The translations under genes and the position numbers were made by a program. Below, one piece after another: positions 25,810-37,016 of a stretch of DNA of 64,000 bases (within the stretch, counting starts at the first letter, position 1; the number at the start of each line of letters is the position of its first letter). This DNA comes from Dudresnaya verticillata (taxonomy: Eukaryota). The stretch lies in assembly GCA_977862235.1 (NCBI GenBank), contig OZ374559.1:2108001-2172000 (forward strand), given 5' to 3'. Below the pieces are notes generated by a model. The model did no database searches. It saw nothing but the letters and a program-made list of their open reading frames with translations, and was not told the DNA's origin.

Positions 25810-26088
25810 ACAGCCTTTTCTGATTCATGCATTGGTTATGACCTTACTATTATGACTCCCTCTACTGCTCGTGCTGTATCCAAGGCATCTGAAATTCCTG
25901 CAGGGGCCGCCCAAGTCGCTGAACGGGACAAGCATCGCAAGTATCGCACTGCTTGTGCAGCACATTGTATTACGTTTCAGCCGCTGGGATTCGACATTCA
26001 CGGAGGCATTGGCCCCGAATGCCGTAGCGCACTTCAAAAGCTCGCTTCTTTCCTGGCCACGCGCCGGGGAACAAATCTTACTACTGAA
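25810..26088 (+). mobile_element. REL endonuclease fragment interrupted by the YR element; resumes at about 30560-30715
   Basis: DLTIMTP...AERDKHRKYRTAC...FQPLGFDIHG...TTEK. After 30560 it continues LVSRILQLTALAVYRQR, homologous to LTSLVLQSVAVAVNRR. Confidence 0.75.
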
Positions 26089-26253
26089 AAGGAAATGTTG
26101 CCTTTATTGTAAAGACGCACTTCTTTCAGAGATGAGTAATGCTAGGAAAGTGCCGTATGGGCAAAGTGTGCAAAGGTCTGCATGACCAGAAAGGATGGTA
26201 ACTTGAATGGTGAAAGCCAGAAGAAGAATGAAATGGGCGTAGGTGGGCGGGAG

Positions 26254-26528
26254 AAAGGACGGAACTTGTCTGATTTTGGCAGGGGCTGATACTCGAAGCG
26301 TCCATATATACGCTTAGAATACTACTATAGTGTTGACGTAGAGCACTGCCAGGGTTGAGCTAGTTCAATCGATCCGATAGGCTTATCGGATGCTATCCTC
26401 CGATGTGTAACAAAGCACAATCTGAATATCGTCCATATTTGCACAGGTGGATCCTTTGTAGGACGCTCGGTAGGACTCTCTATTCCTCAGAGTACCTTTT
26501 CATTCCGATACAAGTCTGTACATGACAC
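26254..26528. repeat. Direct repeat A2 (275 bp) of the YR element
   Basis: Matches 30285-30559 with about 5 substitutions. Confidence 0.95.
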
Positions 26529-26571
26529 GAAAACCCATCACGGAGATATGTCGGTGCGGACTAATTGAAGA

Positions 26572-27867
26572 TCATTGCGGGGGAAGAGCGGGTACCGGAG
26601 GTATGAGGCTCTGGAAACAACTGCTCATTTCGCGGGTGAACCTTATTCTTCCATCGAAGTACACATTAATGACCATTCTTTCGGTTGTCCAGAGGCCTCG
26701 CTAGACTATTACCGGAATAGGGACCCCTGCAAGAATCTGGCTAGACACTGATCCACTTCTGAGACTATGAGATGAGTAAAAACAATGCGGAGGTGGTAGG
26801 ACTTGTAGGTGACGTAGAATCCGTCTCAACATTTCGGTGATCGCCTGAGCGGACGGTTGGACACCATTGTAAGACCAGTATGGGGATATCGCTGCAGCCT
26901 GGAGGCGGATGTTGTAGTAACGGAGCTGTAACGACAGCTGTCGCGGACAACCCTCTAGAGGGTTGTCCGCCACTGCCCCGAAGCACGTAAGAATGTTTGC
27001 CGGTGTGCTGCGGACCGGTCTGCCCTTCAGCTTCCTTGGCCGGGCAGCCATTGTAATGGCGTTGGTATCAGACTCATCAGAAGGTGATCCAATGTATATC
27101 TCTACATCTTCCCGGAGAGTTGTGCGGGCCGAGCTCTCCCGCCAAGAAGTCAAGAATTGAAATTCAATAAGCGCAGCGTCACGTTGTGACTGGGAGCCAT
27201 CTTCTTGCTCTAACCCATAACACCTGATATTATGTACCACAGATGCCGGGAGGGCTGCTCTAGTGTCTTGGTGCTGCCCGCGGGCATCATCTGCCCTATT
27301 GAATACACGGCAGAGGTCGGAAAGCATTGTTCCGGTGTATGGATCTCCGAAGCCGTGCCTCTCGTGTGCTGTACGCACAGCGGAAACATAATGCGGGAGA
27401 GATTTCGAATGCACGCGGTCTTCTCCAAATAGGTACCCAATATAAGCTAGCACAGTACCAAGCGTGGCGGGTAGCGGTGCATGGCCTTCCAAGAGACAGA
27501 AGCGCTCAAATTTCGACCACTGTGAGGACTTGGTGGCGTCTGTGCTAGTGGCAAGAATCTGAAGGGAGAGGTCTAGTGTGGCCCTTCCTGCCCGTGTGTT
27601 AGGCAGTTGGCGTCTGAGAGCTTCCATGATAGTCCCGGAGGCCGTGCGCCTACCTCTGCTAGAACTAGCGACCATGAGGGATTGGCGTGCGGACTGCTGA
27701 ACAAACACCCCTGTGATGGTTTCAGTTTGCGCATTGAGAGAGTGATGCGCAGCAAGAGCTGCCACCAATTCGTCCCGGGCCAGTACGGAGCGACCAAGAT
27801 ACCATGAGCCTTCTCGTTCGCTATTTTCGTTATGGTCGCCGAAAACCACTGTGGAGGAGGATTCCAC
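26572..27867 (-). pseudogene. Tyrosine recombinase
   Basis: SAM-like N-terminus (WSKFERFC...YVSAVRTAH), SWRESS, KLK and YSSHSLRSG. A premature TAG at 26701-26703 precedes in-frame RGLWTTERMVINVY, which holds the probable catalytic Tyr. The natural stop is at 26572. Confidence 0.9.
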
Positions 27868-29603
27868 AGCCTACTCCGCCCGTCGCCCCAATGCTGCCGG
27901 AGTTGAGAGTGTATCACTTTCGAGCGCGCTGCTGGAGCGTCTCCTAGGGGCCAGTATCGACGGACTTGCTGCAATTGGAGTGATTCCGCGAGCGATCGCA
28001 ATATGGAAGGGGTCGCGCCGAGGTCCCGAGGGTTCCACGTACGACTGAGGCGGTCGGCCCATTTGTTCATCGCTGACGGCAGCCACTCTGCTCGAATCTG
28101 AACTTTCATCCCGTCTAGCAAGTGGTGTAGCTTGCGGAGCTCGTCCATAAGAAGTGGGCTGGTTGACACCATATTGGAAATGACTCGGAGGACAACTTGG
28201 TTGTCGACGTGTAGGATGATCCTCCTGTTGCAGCCGGTCAATATTGCGGATACTAGGTCGTTCTATAGTGCCTTGCGAACCGCTACTAGCTCGCGCATAT
28301 TGATCGATTGAAGTCTCCGGAATGGTGACCATGTTCCTTGTACCTCTACGTCGCCCTGTGACCCAGGATTGAGATCGCGGCCCAATGTAGCTCCGTATCC
28401 GATATCTGCAGCGTCCGTGTGCAGATTCCAGGAGTCCTGGCCGCTATATAGTAGCCGAACGTCCCCCTGGAGCATGAACTTCCAGGACCGAAGGTCCTGA
28501 AGGGACTGATTGACCAAAGATACTCGGCGCCCTTTTCCCTTTCCTCGGCGAGGGCGGTATCTTAAATCGCTGTACAGCGACCGCGTGAAGAAACGGGCTA
28601 GTGGTACCGGGAGGAGCTGTGATACAGCTCGGCTCGTGAATGAGGTTACAAGGGACTCGGATACATACCGGCGCCCGGTAGCACTCTGCCGCAGAAGGAG
28701 CGTAGCCATACTGTGTAGCTTTTCTAACTTTGAGGGGGAAATGAAGAATCTGAACCTTACTGTGTCGATTACGACTCCGAGGTGCTCCAAGCGCGTTGCA
28801 CCTTCCCCCCAGACCCCTTTGTCCGGGTGACGCAGCATACCGAGCTTTCCAAAGAGCTCCTCTAGTACCTGACAGGTTTTGAGGCTATCCGCCGGCGTAC
28901 TGGGTTCTGCTCCAGTTCCTGGGGCCATAAGGTAATCGTCCAGCCACACCAATATGCGCATACCTATCTGTTCTCTCATATACCTTGTCAGGGGGCTTAA
29001 GATATGACAAAACCAGAACGGAATGCGCGTCCACCCAAAAGGTAAGGCTATACAGCGATAGAATTGTCCATTGTATCTGAAAATGAACCAGTCCCACATA
29101 CGTGGGTGCAATCGGAAGTGACGATAACCGGACTTCCAGTAGAATGACAGGAGGTAGTCGCGGCGTACCAAACAGCCAGCGAAGGAACTCAGAGATTCCA
29201 TTTGAACAGAGCCTTTCTTCCAATGCTGACTTTGACGTTTTAGATTTATCACGAGCCGCGGTTTGCTGTTCTGCCACTCCACGAAGGCGGAAGAAACTAG
29301 CTTCCCTTGTCTTACACAGCGTCTCGCATATTTTCCAGACACCTGCTGGTAGTATCGGAGCTTGCACCCCTCGACTAGATCTTCCATTGCGAATCGGATC
29401 TCTTCTTTGTTCTGTGGCAGCTGTGGAAGGATTGGTCCTTCCGTAAAAGGCGTGTCCGGCGGGTCCCAGATCCCATATTGTAGGATACGTATTATGTACG
29501 CCGTCGCGCCGATAAGCTGCCAAGAAGAGGCTTGTTTTTGTGTGTGGAACCACCTGCCCTGGGACCAGGACGGTTTCCACTGGGAGGGCTCGTCGATGGT
29601 CAT
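27573..29603 (-). pseudogene. YR retrotransposon pol: RT, RNase H and degenerate adenine-methyltransferase-like domain
   Basis: KPRLVINL, ALPFGW, VWLDD, HLGV, TDAA, INMRELVAV, HVDNQV, NKWADRLSR and WNPPP...LVAPYWP. In-frame TAG at 28263-28265. The first catalytic Asp position reads Y (SFYWKSGY). Confidence 0.9.
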
Positions 29604-29620
29604 CGCGAGCTAGAGTGTTG

Positions 29621-30220
29621 TTACGACTCTCTTGATTTCTCAGACGTCCCCTTGCCGTCTGCGTTAGCAACCTCCTGTTTTGCCAATGCCTTGGCTGTCT
29701 CGATGGTGTATTTGGCGGTAAGCTCCTTGTAGACCGACGCATACACCTCCGATGGGACTTGTTCCCTTTGAGCGGTGACCTTGGACTCAACCAAGTCAGC
29801 AAGTTGTCGCGCCACTGCCGGACCCTTCTCCACAACTGTTGCGAAATGCGCAGTTCGCATCGCCAATACCTCCTTAGCACCTTCGAGGGATATGTGTACG
29901 AGCTTGAACAGTCTCCCCTGTTTTTTTGCGTCAGACTCCACTTCAGCAAGGGAGAAGGCCTCAAGAGCCTTTTCGACCCACGTACCAGCTGAGTGGATAT
30001 ACTCCAGCTCTTTTCCGTTGCGCCGGTCCTTTCGGTAGGTTTCCCTGTGTAGCACAGTGTCGGGTTTAAAGTAACCAGTCTGGTTGGGCTGAACAAAATC
30101 TGCTCGTGGCCACAATGGAGCCTTTCCAGCAAGCTTGAGAGCGCTAAGGCGATTGGGAACGTCAGTGTAATCTGACGGTTGCGGGTCGGTGAAATGATCC
30201 GAGGGAATAGCATTACTCAT
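29621..30220 (-). CDS. YR retrotransposon ORF1 (gag-like, 199 aa)
   Basis: Intact ATG ORF immediately upstream of RT, in the usual DIRS ORF1 position. Confidence 0.7.
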   Translation of the reverse strand: MSNAIPSDHFTDPQPSDYTDVPNRLSALKLAGKAPLWPRADFVQPNQTGYFKPDTVLHRETYRKDRRNGKELEYIHSAGTWVEKALEAFSLAEVESDAKKQGRLFKLVHISLEGAKEVLAMRTAHFATVVEKGPAVARQLADLVESKVTAQREQVPSEVYASVYKELTAKYTIETAKALAKQEVANADGKGTSEKSRES

Positions 30221-30284
30221 GACTTAATGTTCACACCGCGTATTTAGCAGCGTCTCCTTTCGCTTCAGAGGCCAGCTCTGAAAT

Positions 30285-30559
30285 AAAGGACGGAACTTGT
30301 CTGATTTTGGCAGGGGCTGATACTCGAAGCGTCCATATATACGCTTAGAATACTACTATAGTGTTGACGTAGAGCACTGCCAGAGTTAAGCTAATTCAAT
30401 CGATCCGATAGGCTTATCGGATGCTATCTTCCGATGTGTAACAAAGCACAATCTGAATATCGTCCATATTTGCACAGGTGGATCCTTTGTAGGACGCTCG
30501 GTAGGACTCTCTATTCCTCAGAGTACCTTTTCATTCCGATACAAGGCTGTACATGACAC
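30285..30559. repeat. Direct repeat A1 (275 bp) of the YR element; contains a TATATA candidate promoter upstream of ORF1
   Basis: Matches 26254-26528. Confidence 0.95.
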
Positions 30560-30850
30560 AAATACCATTCGTCAGTTTCACCACTGGTTTCCCGCATTCT
30601 CCAGCTCACCGCCCTCGCCGTGTATCGTCAACGTCCCGTTAGTCCAGGCCTTCCAGAAGTTATCAGCGGCTATGTCATTAGGGTTTGTGCTGTTCGTCTT
30701 GCTTCAATAAAGTTGTGATGATGATGACCAACAGATCGTAAAGAGGGTGCATACGGTCGGAAAAGTTCGGTACAAAGTCCTAAAAGAATGTAACAAGGCC
30801 AATGAAACTAACAGCTCTGTTAAGTTTTCTGGGGGACGGAGGTTTCGAAT

Positions 30851-31850
30851 TTACTTAACATGAGTTTGAGATAACAATAGACCCTCAGGCGTCACTTCAT
30901 GACCCAGAAGCTCAACGCGTCGCTTTCCAAACGTGCATATGGATAGTCGGAGCCTCATTCTAGCATCTTTCATTCGCTGTAAAACTTTATCCAACTCCAC
31001 GACATGCGATACAGCATCTTCGGTACCCACACTTCCGTCGCCCGTGAATGTCCAGACACTGCGACCTTCGAACTCTCCAAGCACATAGTTAACTATGCGT
31101 TGGAAAACAGCAGGGCTGTTCTTAAGGCCTTGGGGAAGCGGGTTGTACCAAAAAAGGCCAAGAACTGTTCGAATGGCTGTGTAGAAATATAAGAATGGGT
31201 ATGATAACAATTTGACAGTGGTAGCGGTAGCAGTTAACAGTATCTTGTAGATCAAAGTTTAGTAGAACAGTTGAACGAATTGTATCTTGGTAGCATTGTG
31301 TGTTCTTTCATAGATCTATGCTGCCGACAATTGCTTAGATAGAAAAGCGCCATAGACAGAACATGCAGTACTAGCGAAAGTGAGGTATCTTTCTAGACCA
31401 ATTACTAGTACAGGTGTATCGGTATTGCACCTGATATCATGTAGTGCGTCTGGGGATCTGTATCCTTAGTGACAAACGTATCAAAGTATATCGACATATC
31501 GTGTACAATGAGTATGTGCATCTCGCATGTTACATAGTAGATACGTGAGGACTTGCCCAGCCCGACCTGGAAGTAGCCATCTTTCAGGTCAAAGGTCGAA
31601 AATACCTTCTTTGAAGAAAGCCAGTCAATAGTTTCCTTCACACCCTCCATGGGGTAACAGTCGGTAACTGTCATTGAGTTCAATTTGCGGAAGTCGGTGG
31701 TACAGCGAAGCGACCCATCTTTCTTGCGAACAAAAACGTTCGCAGCAGCCCAAGGTGACTCTGCCTTCTCCAGGATGCCTTTTGATTCCAGCTGCCTTAC
31801 CATGTCGCGTTCGGCTTCTTGTTCCTTAGGGGGATCTTCTTCGTATTGGA
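30851..31850 (-). pseudogene. Ty3/gypsy reverse transcriptase remnant split by an insertion
   Basis: SPWAAANVFVRKKDGSLRCTTDFRKLN and FSTFDLKDGYFQV, then after the insert TAIRTVLGLFWY..PQGLKNSPAVFQR and ELLGH. Confidence 0.9.
31186..31536. mobile_element. About 350-bp non-coding insertion (solo-LTR-like or non-autonomous element) with putative 5-bp TSD GTAGA
   Basis: GTAGA at 31181-31185 and 31537-31541. Removing the insert restores KSSRIYTAIRT. A diverged homologue lies at about 34746-35090. Confidence 0.65.
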
Positions 31851-31924
31851 ACGGCAGCAGGAACAGCACCATCCTTGAGCAAAATGCGGTGCTTGTAACG
31901 TTCTATTTTTCCAACGCCCTTGAA

Positions 31925-32065
31925 GATGTCTCGGTGGTATTTGGCGGAAAGTTGAAAGTAGGCCGTTGCCTACCAAGCTTTTCCTGCAGAAAAGGATTTC
32001 AAACTTTACCGATTAGGAACTGCGGCGGAAACAGCCTCATCAAGTGTTGTTTCAATCCTTGCTAG
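31925..32065 (+). pseudogene. Diverged, 5'-disrupted paralogue of the double-defensin gene
   Basis: VGRCLPSFSCRKGFQTLPIRNCGGNSLIKCCFNPC*. The 3' flank is homologous to 3552-3820 out to about 32298. Confidence 0.88.
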
Positions 32066-33560
32066 TGGAGACCAAGAACATAGTTGCAAGGCCCACAAGC
32101 ATCAGTTTAGTGTTTTCGTGAAGAAAGCATTCGATATTGGTCTGTCATTCCATGAGCACAAACATAGGGCTACCGCAGCGGAAAATGTATTTTGTTTGCA
32201 GCAGTATAGCAGCAGCTGTTACATTTATGGGAAGAAGTTCTGCTGGTTGCTTAGAACGAATGGATTAAATGAGGAATTGTCTGTATGTACATGTCGCGAT
32301 TGCAAAATGCGAATAGGTTATTGTGCGTTCACTGCTCAATGTTTGCAACGCCGTCAACAACAAACAAAAACTAATGACATGTTTTGGACAGCGGCACGCT
32401 TGGGTCGGTTCTCGCAATTGGGTTGCTTCATAGGCTGCTTTTCCTACGCCAATTGTTTTGCGAAGACTTTGACGAAGATGAAACAAGGCATAAGGTCGGC
32501 GGTGAAGATTGCATGGCGATCTGTAATAGTTTCTTTTTGGAAGATTGGTCTGCGAACCTTTTGGAGATAGAACAGGAGATTCATTCCTGCGTTCGACTCT
32601 ATATGCACACTGAATCTGATTGCAAGAGAACTTTCCAAAGAGAGGACATTATTGTCAGGGAATGTAGGCACAATGAAGAGCAGCACTCGATTATCCTAAT
32701 ATATGGAGGATCGGCTAATACCAATCTCTCGTTCGCTGGCGATCGACGTTCCACTTCGCGTGGTGCTGGTGTTCCACAGCTGCTACTGTACGTTAATGTG
32801 AGGAATCGTAGTAGTCGGCACAGTCCGATCGTTGCGTGGCTGCACTGGCCACCTCGTTGGTCAAAGCATTGTGTTAGAGGCCAGGGCAATGGTGGACAGT
32901 TAGTGGGAGCCGCCTGCCGGCAGACTGGATAGGGTGCTATCTTGATGGTGGTGGATGTCGCCTGTCAAGAAATACTAGTGTGGACATGTCAATTCTCGTG
33001 TGTCAGTGCAAGTGTAGAGGAGGAGAGTAATCACTTCTCCTTTGTCAGTGTAATTGTGGGCATGGAGAGTATTCTGTCGTGTTTTAGTTTGTGCTCTATA
33101 GACAGTACGGTTGTGCAAAAGAATACAAATAGAGGGAAAAGGTGCAACAGAAGTAAAGAGGTATCCGTGCTTTGAGAAGGAACCGGGTCCGCGCGTGTCT
33201 ACCGCGAGAAATCAACTAAAGAGACCAGAGCTCTTTACCGGTACGTAACAGTTGCAAACCGTGAGAGCGGAAAACACAACATTAAAATCCCCTCTCTGTA
33301 TACATACAAGGCTGCATTTCATCCTATGGTAATGAGCATATGAGCATATATGACCGAACAACACAAACGACGTGTTTACAAACAAGATATTTGATAAGCC
33401 AGATCAAGACGATATCAACACCATCGCTGTCACGGTGCAGCAAACACCAAACCGTGGCTGGTCACCAGTGCGCCACCCTTCGAGGCTCCCGATACTATCC
33501 TCCTCCTTGAAGAGGCTTCCAGCAGGCGCTCGTATTGCAGTTACACATGAATTTTCGTAA

Positions 33561-33994
33561 TGAAAAGGAAATGTAGCCTTTATTAATAAAGACCAACTTC
33601 ATTCAGAATGAGTAATGCAAAGGAAGTCAATTATAGCACTGTTTTGCTAGGTCTGCATGACCAGAATGGACGGTAACTTGTGAACTTAAAGCCTGTGTGA
33701 AAAGGAGCGGGTGGGTGGGTGAAAGGACGGAACTTGCCACTGTAGATTGGTGGCTCTAGGACTGCTAGTGTCCTTATATTGAGGCCTTGAATATTCTTTG
33801 TTAGTTCTGTTCTCGTTAACTTGAGCGCATTGATCCCGATGGCGTATCGGAATTGCTCACACGATATATATTACAGAATACCGAACAAATTTTTCGCTGA
33901 TAGCTTCCGATCGATAAACCGTAGAACGACCGGCACTGCTCCCTATTCTTAGTAGTACCTTTTCATTTCCGTACAGGCTTTACAGCACACGAAA
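33561..33994 (-). mobile_element. Solo B+A terminus of a diverged YR-retrotransposon subfamily
   Basis: Shares TGAAAAGGAAATG, GCCTTTATT, ATGAGTAATGC, GGTCTGCATGACCAGAA, GAAAGGACGGAACTTG and GTACCTTTTCATT in the same order as 26085-26532. Confidence 0.85.
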
Positions 33995-34745
33995 GTGCTG
34001 AGTTTCCTACACATTCCGAAAGCGTCAGTCACCTCTTGCCAGCAAAAATTGCCATGCTTTCTAAGGTTGCGATGAGTTCTGAGAATTTTATACGCTCGCA
34101 TTCAAATCCATTCGAATGCAAGGGACACGGTGTGTGGCTTGCGGTGCCGCGTGTGCATGAATAGCAGGATTAGCCCAATCCATTGTGTGTTTGAGAAGTT
34201 CGGTCGGTGCTTGGTACTAATGTTTGGTGCTATAAAAAGCCTCCTACGAAAGGCTTGCAACGTAAAGTATTCTTTCTTTCTGGTCTGTACAAGCGTAAGG
34301 ATCAAACTCGACTTGTGGCAACATCGTGCGGGTGCCGCCAGTTTGAAAACGCGGGAGGTGCACTGCCGCTCGGTGCGGCATGGGCGAGTTACACTACAGC
34401 AGTTATACAGTATCTTGAGCTGCATTTGTGGTCGACAGGCACTGGTGTTATATTCGGGTTGGTTCTCACGTAAAGGAGCAGACTGCGGGGGCGGCAGGTG
34501 ATTCCGCACCTGCCGCCACGGCCCTGTTTCAGAAAATGCAATTGGACGGTCGCAGTGAAATGCCGCGGAAGATACTCTTCAAATCGATTCTGCAGCGAGA
34601 GAAACGCTTCTGAGAGGAGTGCTTCGTACGCCTTCAGATGCTGTAGAGGCGGCACCATGCCGCGGGAGCGCGGTACCATGCCGCCTCACTGGCGGAATGG
34701 CGCTTCTATGATATTTGCTGCTACTACATTCAGCAAGGCACTGTC

Positions 34746-35090
34746 AATATAAGATATGCTATGGTAGCAATATAGCAGTGGTAGCGGTAACAGTGAAAAA
34801 CATATTGTAGAACAAAGTTGAGTATAACAGGTAAACAAGTTATATCTAGGTAGAGCAGAGCCAAGTCTATATAACTATCGTAGCAGTAAAGAAGGCATTC
34901 TTTTTTGCGACTTGGTATCGGTGCTATCTGTGAGCTGTCCTTGTCCTTGTCAGAGGTAGAATTCAACATGGTTGTGCTGTTCAGAAGCAACCATAACGTA
35001 TATATATGTGTATGCATAACTTGCAAAACCGTATACAGGTATCGACATCATACAAATACAACCATACAACTGTAGTGTGCATCATGCAGC
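34746..35090. mobile_element. Diverged copy of the 31186-31536 element
   Basis: Shared AATATAAGA, CAGTGGTAGCGGTA, TTGTAGA.CAAAGTT, TATCGGT, TATCGACAT and TGTGCATC blocks. Confidence 0.6.
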
Positions 35091-35099
35091 CGTACTGAA

Positions 35100-36000
35100 A
35101 CCTCTGGTTCTTGAGCTGTCGGATCCTGGTGACGCGGTTGAAGGATTCGGATCAGGCTCGATAGTGGCATGGTCGCTTCCCTCAATCCCCTTCCGGAGCT
35201 TGCCGTCTGGTCCGGGTGCGCTGTCTTTCTACAGACAGTAAGCAGAATACAACACTTGGATAAGCGGTTGGCGGATGCGTTCCCTACTGTGTGTAACAGA
35301 CTGTACGCATATGCGTATGGTCACTCCGCATACGACAGGCAATAGTCGAATAGCGCGAAACGGTACAGCATTACGGAGCACAGTCAGTCCATCGGTGGTG
35401 TAATGGCGGCGCATTCGGATGAAGGTAATGGTGTCGGATACCGTTTTCCATTCCTTCACCAAACAGCATGCCAAACTTCGCTCGCTCTAGTCGTCCAAAA
35501 CTATAATCGCGGCAGGGCTCCAAAAGATATATTCAGTCAATGGCAGCTTCAAGGTCTTGTAGATGAAGGCAACACCGCGAGCGATCTGGAATGGGCGTAT
35601 GAGTCCAGTTTCTTTGACATTTTTCGTGCAGCGGCGGGCAGGTGGACGTGCAGGTCGTCAAGGGATTAGCATAAATATGTTGTGGCTTATAACACGCGAT
35701 GTGATCTCGATCTTCCAATTGGCTGATTCGTTACTGCTCGCTATCTAAAGCCATTGCTTGTTGGCAGCATGCCTCAGCCGACTTTCTTCTTTGTGTTCAA
35801 ATGTCATTGATTGGGGAACATCGCCAAACCGGGCATCTTACGACTGTACCTCTCGATGGAACCGGGGTTCAATCCACGAGAGTGCCTCCTCTTCCATATG
35901 TTTGCAGTCGGGTTCAACACCTGCTCTCTTCGCCACATAATCTGTTTCTTATGAGTCAGCAGCGACGAGAAACTGTATGAAGTGAGCTGTAAGGTGTCGA
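35100..36000 (-). mobile_element. Decayed LTR-retrotransposon integrase-like remnant
   Basis: KCQRN (zinc-finger-like) and HYTTDGLT (cf. YHPQTDGLTER) fragments, with many stops. Confidence 0.4.
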
Positions 36001-37016
36001 GCAATGCTTTGTGGCCACAATTCCTACGAGCATCCTTTTCTTTTCCTTCTCCCTAATAGGCTTCTACCACAGACCCATCTCTTGTTCTTTGTTCTTTCAT
36101 AGTTTTTGCAGCAGCAATCCAAAATATCTTCCGGTATATTGTAAATGGCCATTGTTTCCACCCAACATCGAACAATATGAGACAACCTTCTTTTCAAAAC
36201 ATATCTGATGTGAAACTACAACACATTCACAATAAACAGTTTCTGCAAGTTTTAAAAGCACAACTGCCGTATTCGTGTCCAACAAACGTTGAATATTTGC
36301 CCCGGCAGATATTCGGCATCCGCCCAACGGCCTCCGTCAGATGTATCGGGGGCTAGTCTGAGTAAAGGTCCTTCTCTCAGATATTTGCATCCTACTCTAT
36401 TTGGAGGATAGGGATGAATTCGAGATTCCAGAATTACCACTGTACTACTCCAACACATGCTCATTTTCTCTACCACTCGTTTCGGCTTGCCTTCCCACTT
36501 TGGATGCAAAGGGCTCCCAACCTGCTGCTCTGAGTGCATATACGTGTCGCATACAGTTATATTCACAATAGCTTTGACAACTCGATCCGCCTTATTGCTT
36601 GAGATATTTTGGCAAATCAATCCGCCTCCTTATTCATTTACGCATCGAGTAGATAGGGACCTGAAAATCACTGTATGATAGTATTCCATCTGTACAAGGA
36701 TGAAGTTCAGTTTGGTCACCTTTTCATTTAGCTTTCGCAACATCGAGAAGCTTTGTCAGCCGATTTTTTGCTCTCATTGTCCGATAGTTCGTTGCTTCAA
36801 TGGAAGATACTTCAATCTGATTCGTAACAACCTCATTAAGTTCTCTTATTGGAAAACGTACATCTGCATAACTCTAGCGGGCCTTGTGTACTGCTTTAAA
36901 AGCATATCGGTTCTCCACGCTGTCAACTCTCCACTCTAACCCCTCCCGCAAACTTTTCGCTGCAATTCAACCGCTCAACTAACAGCACACAAGAAAGGAA
37001 CCAAAAACTCTCCACC

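Larger units (their letters stand above)
26086..30559 (-). mobile_element. Full-length but inactivated tyrosine-recombinase (DIRS-group) retrotransposon, about 4.47 kb
   Basis: Gag-like, RT-RNaseH-MT and YR ORFs lie between 275-bp direct repeats. No TSD. The flanks rejoin into one REL ORF. Confidence 0.93.

Noticed and set aside
26115..26155. Hammerhead-like look (CAGAGATGAG...GAAA closed by GCACTT/AAGTGC) in YR segment B
   Set aside because: It lacks the CUGANGA core, and the GAAA is not conserved in the 33.6-kb copy.
28885..30213. 442-aa alternative-frame ORF over gag/RT
   Set aside because: No recognisable motifs. Its 5' part could at most be an upstream overlap frame, and it is not supportable as a separate gene.
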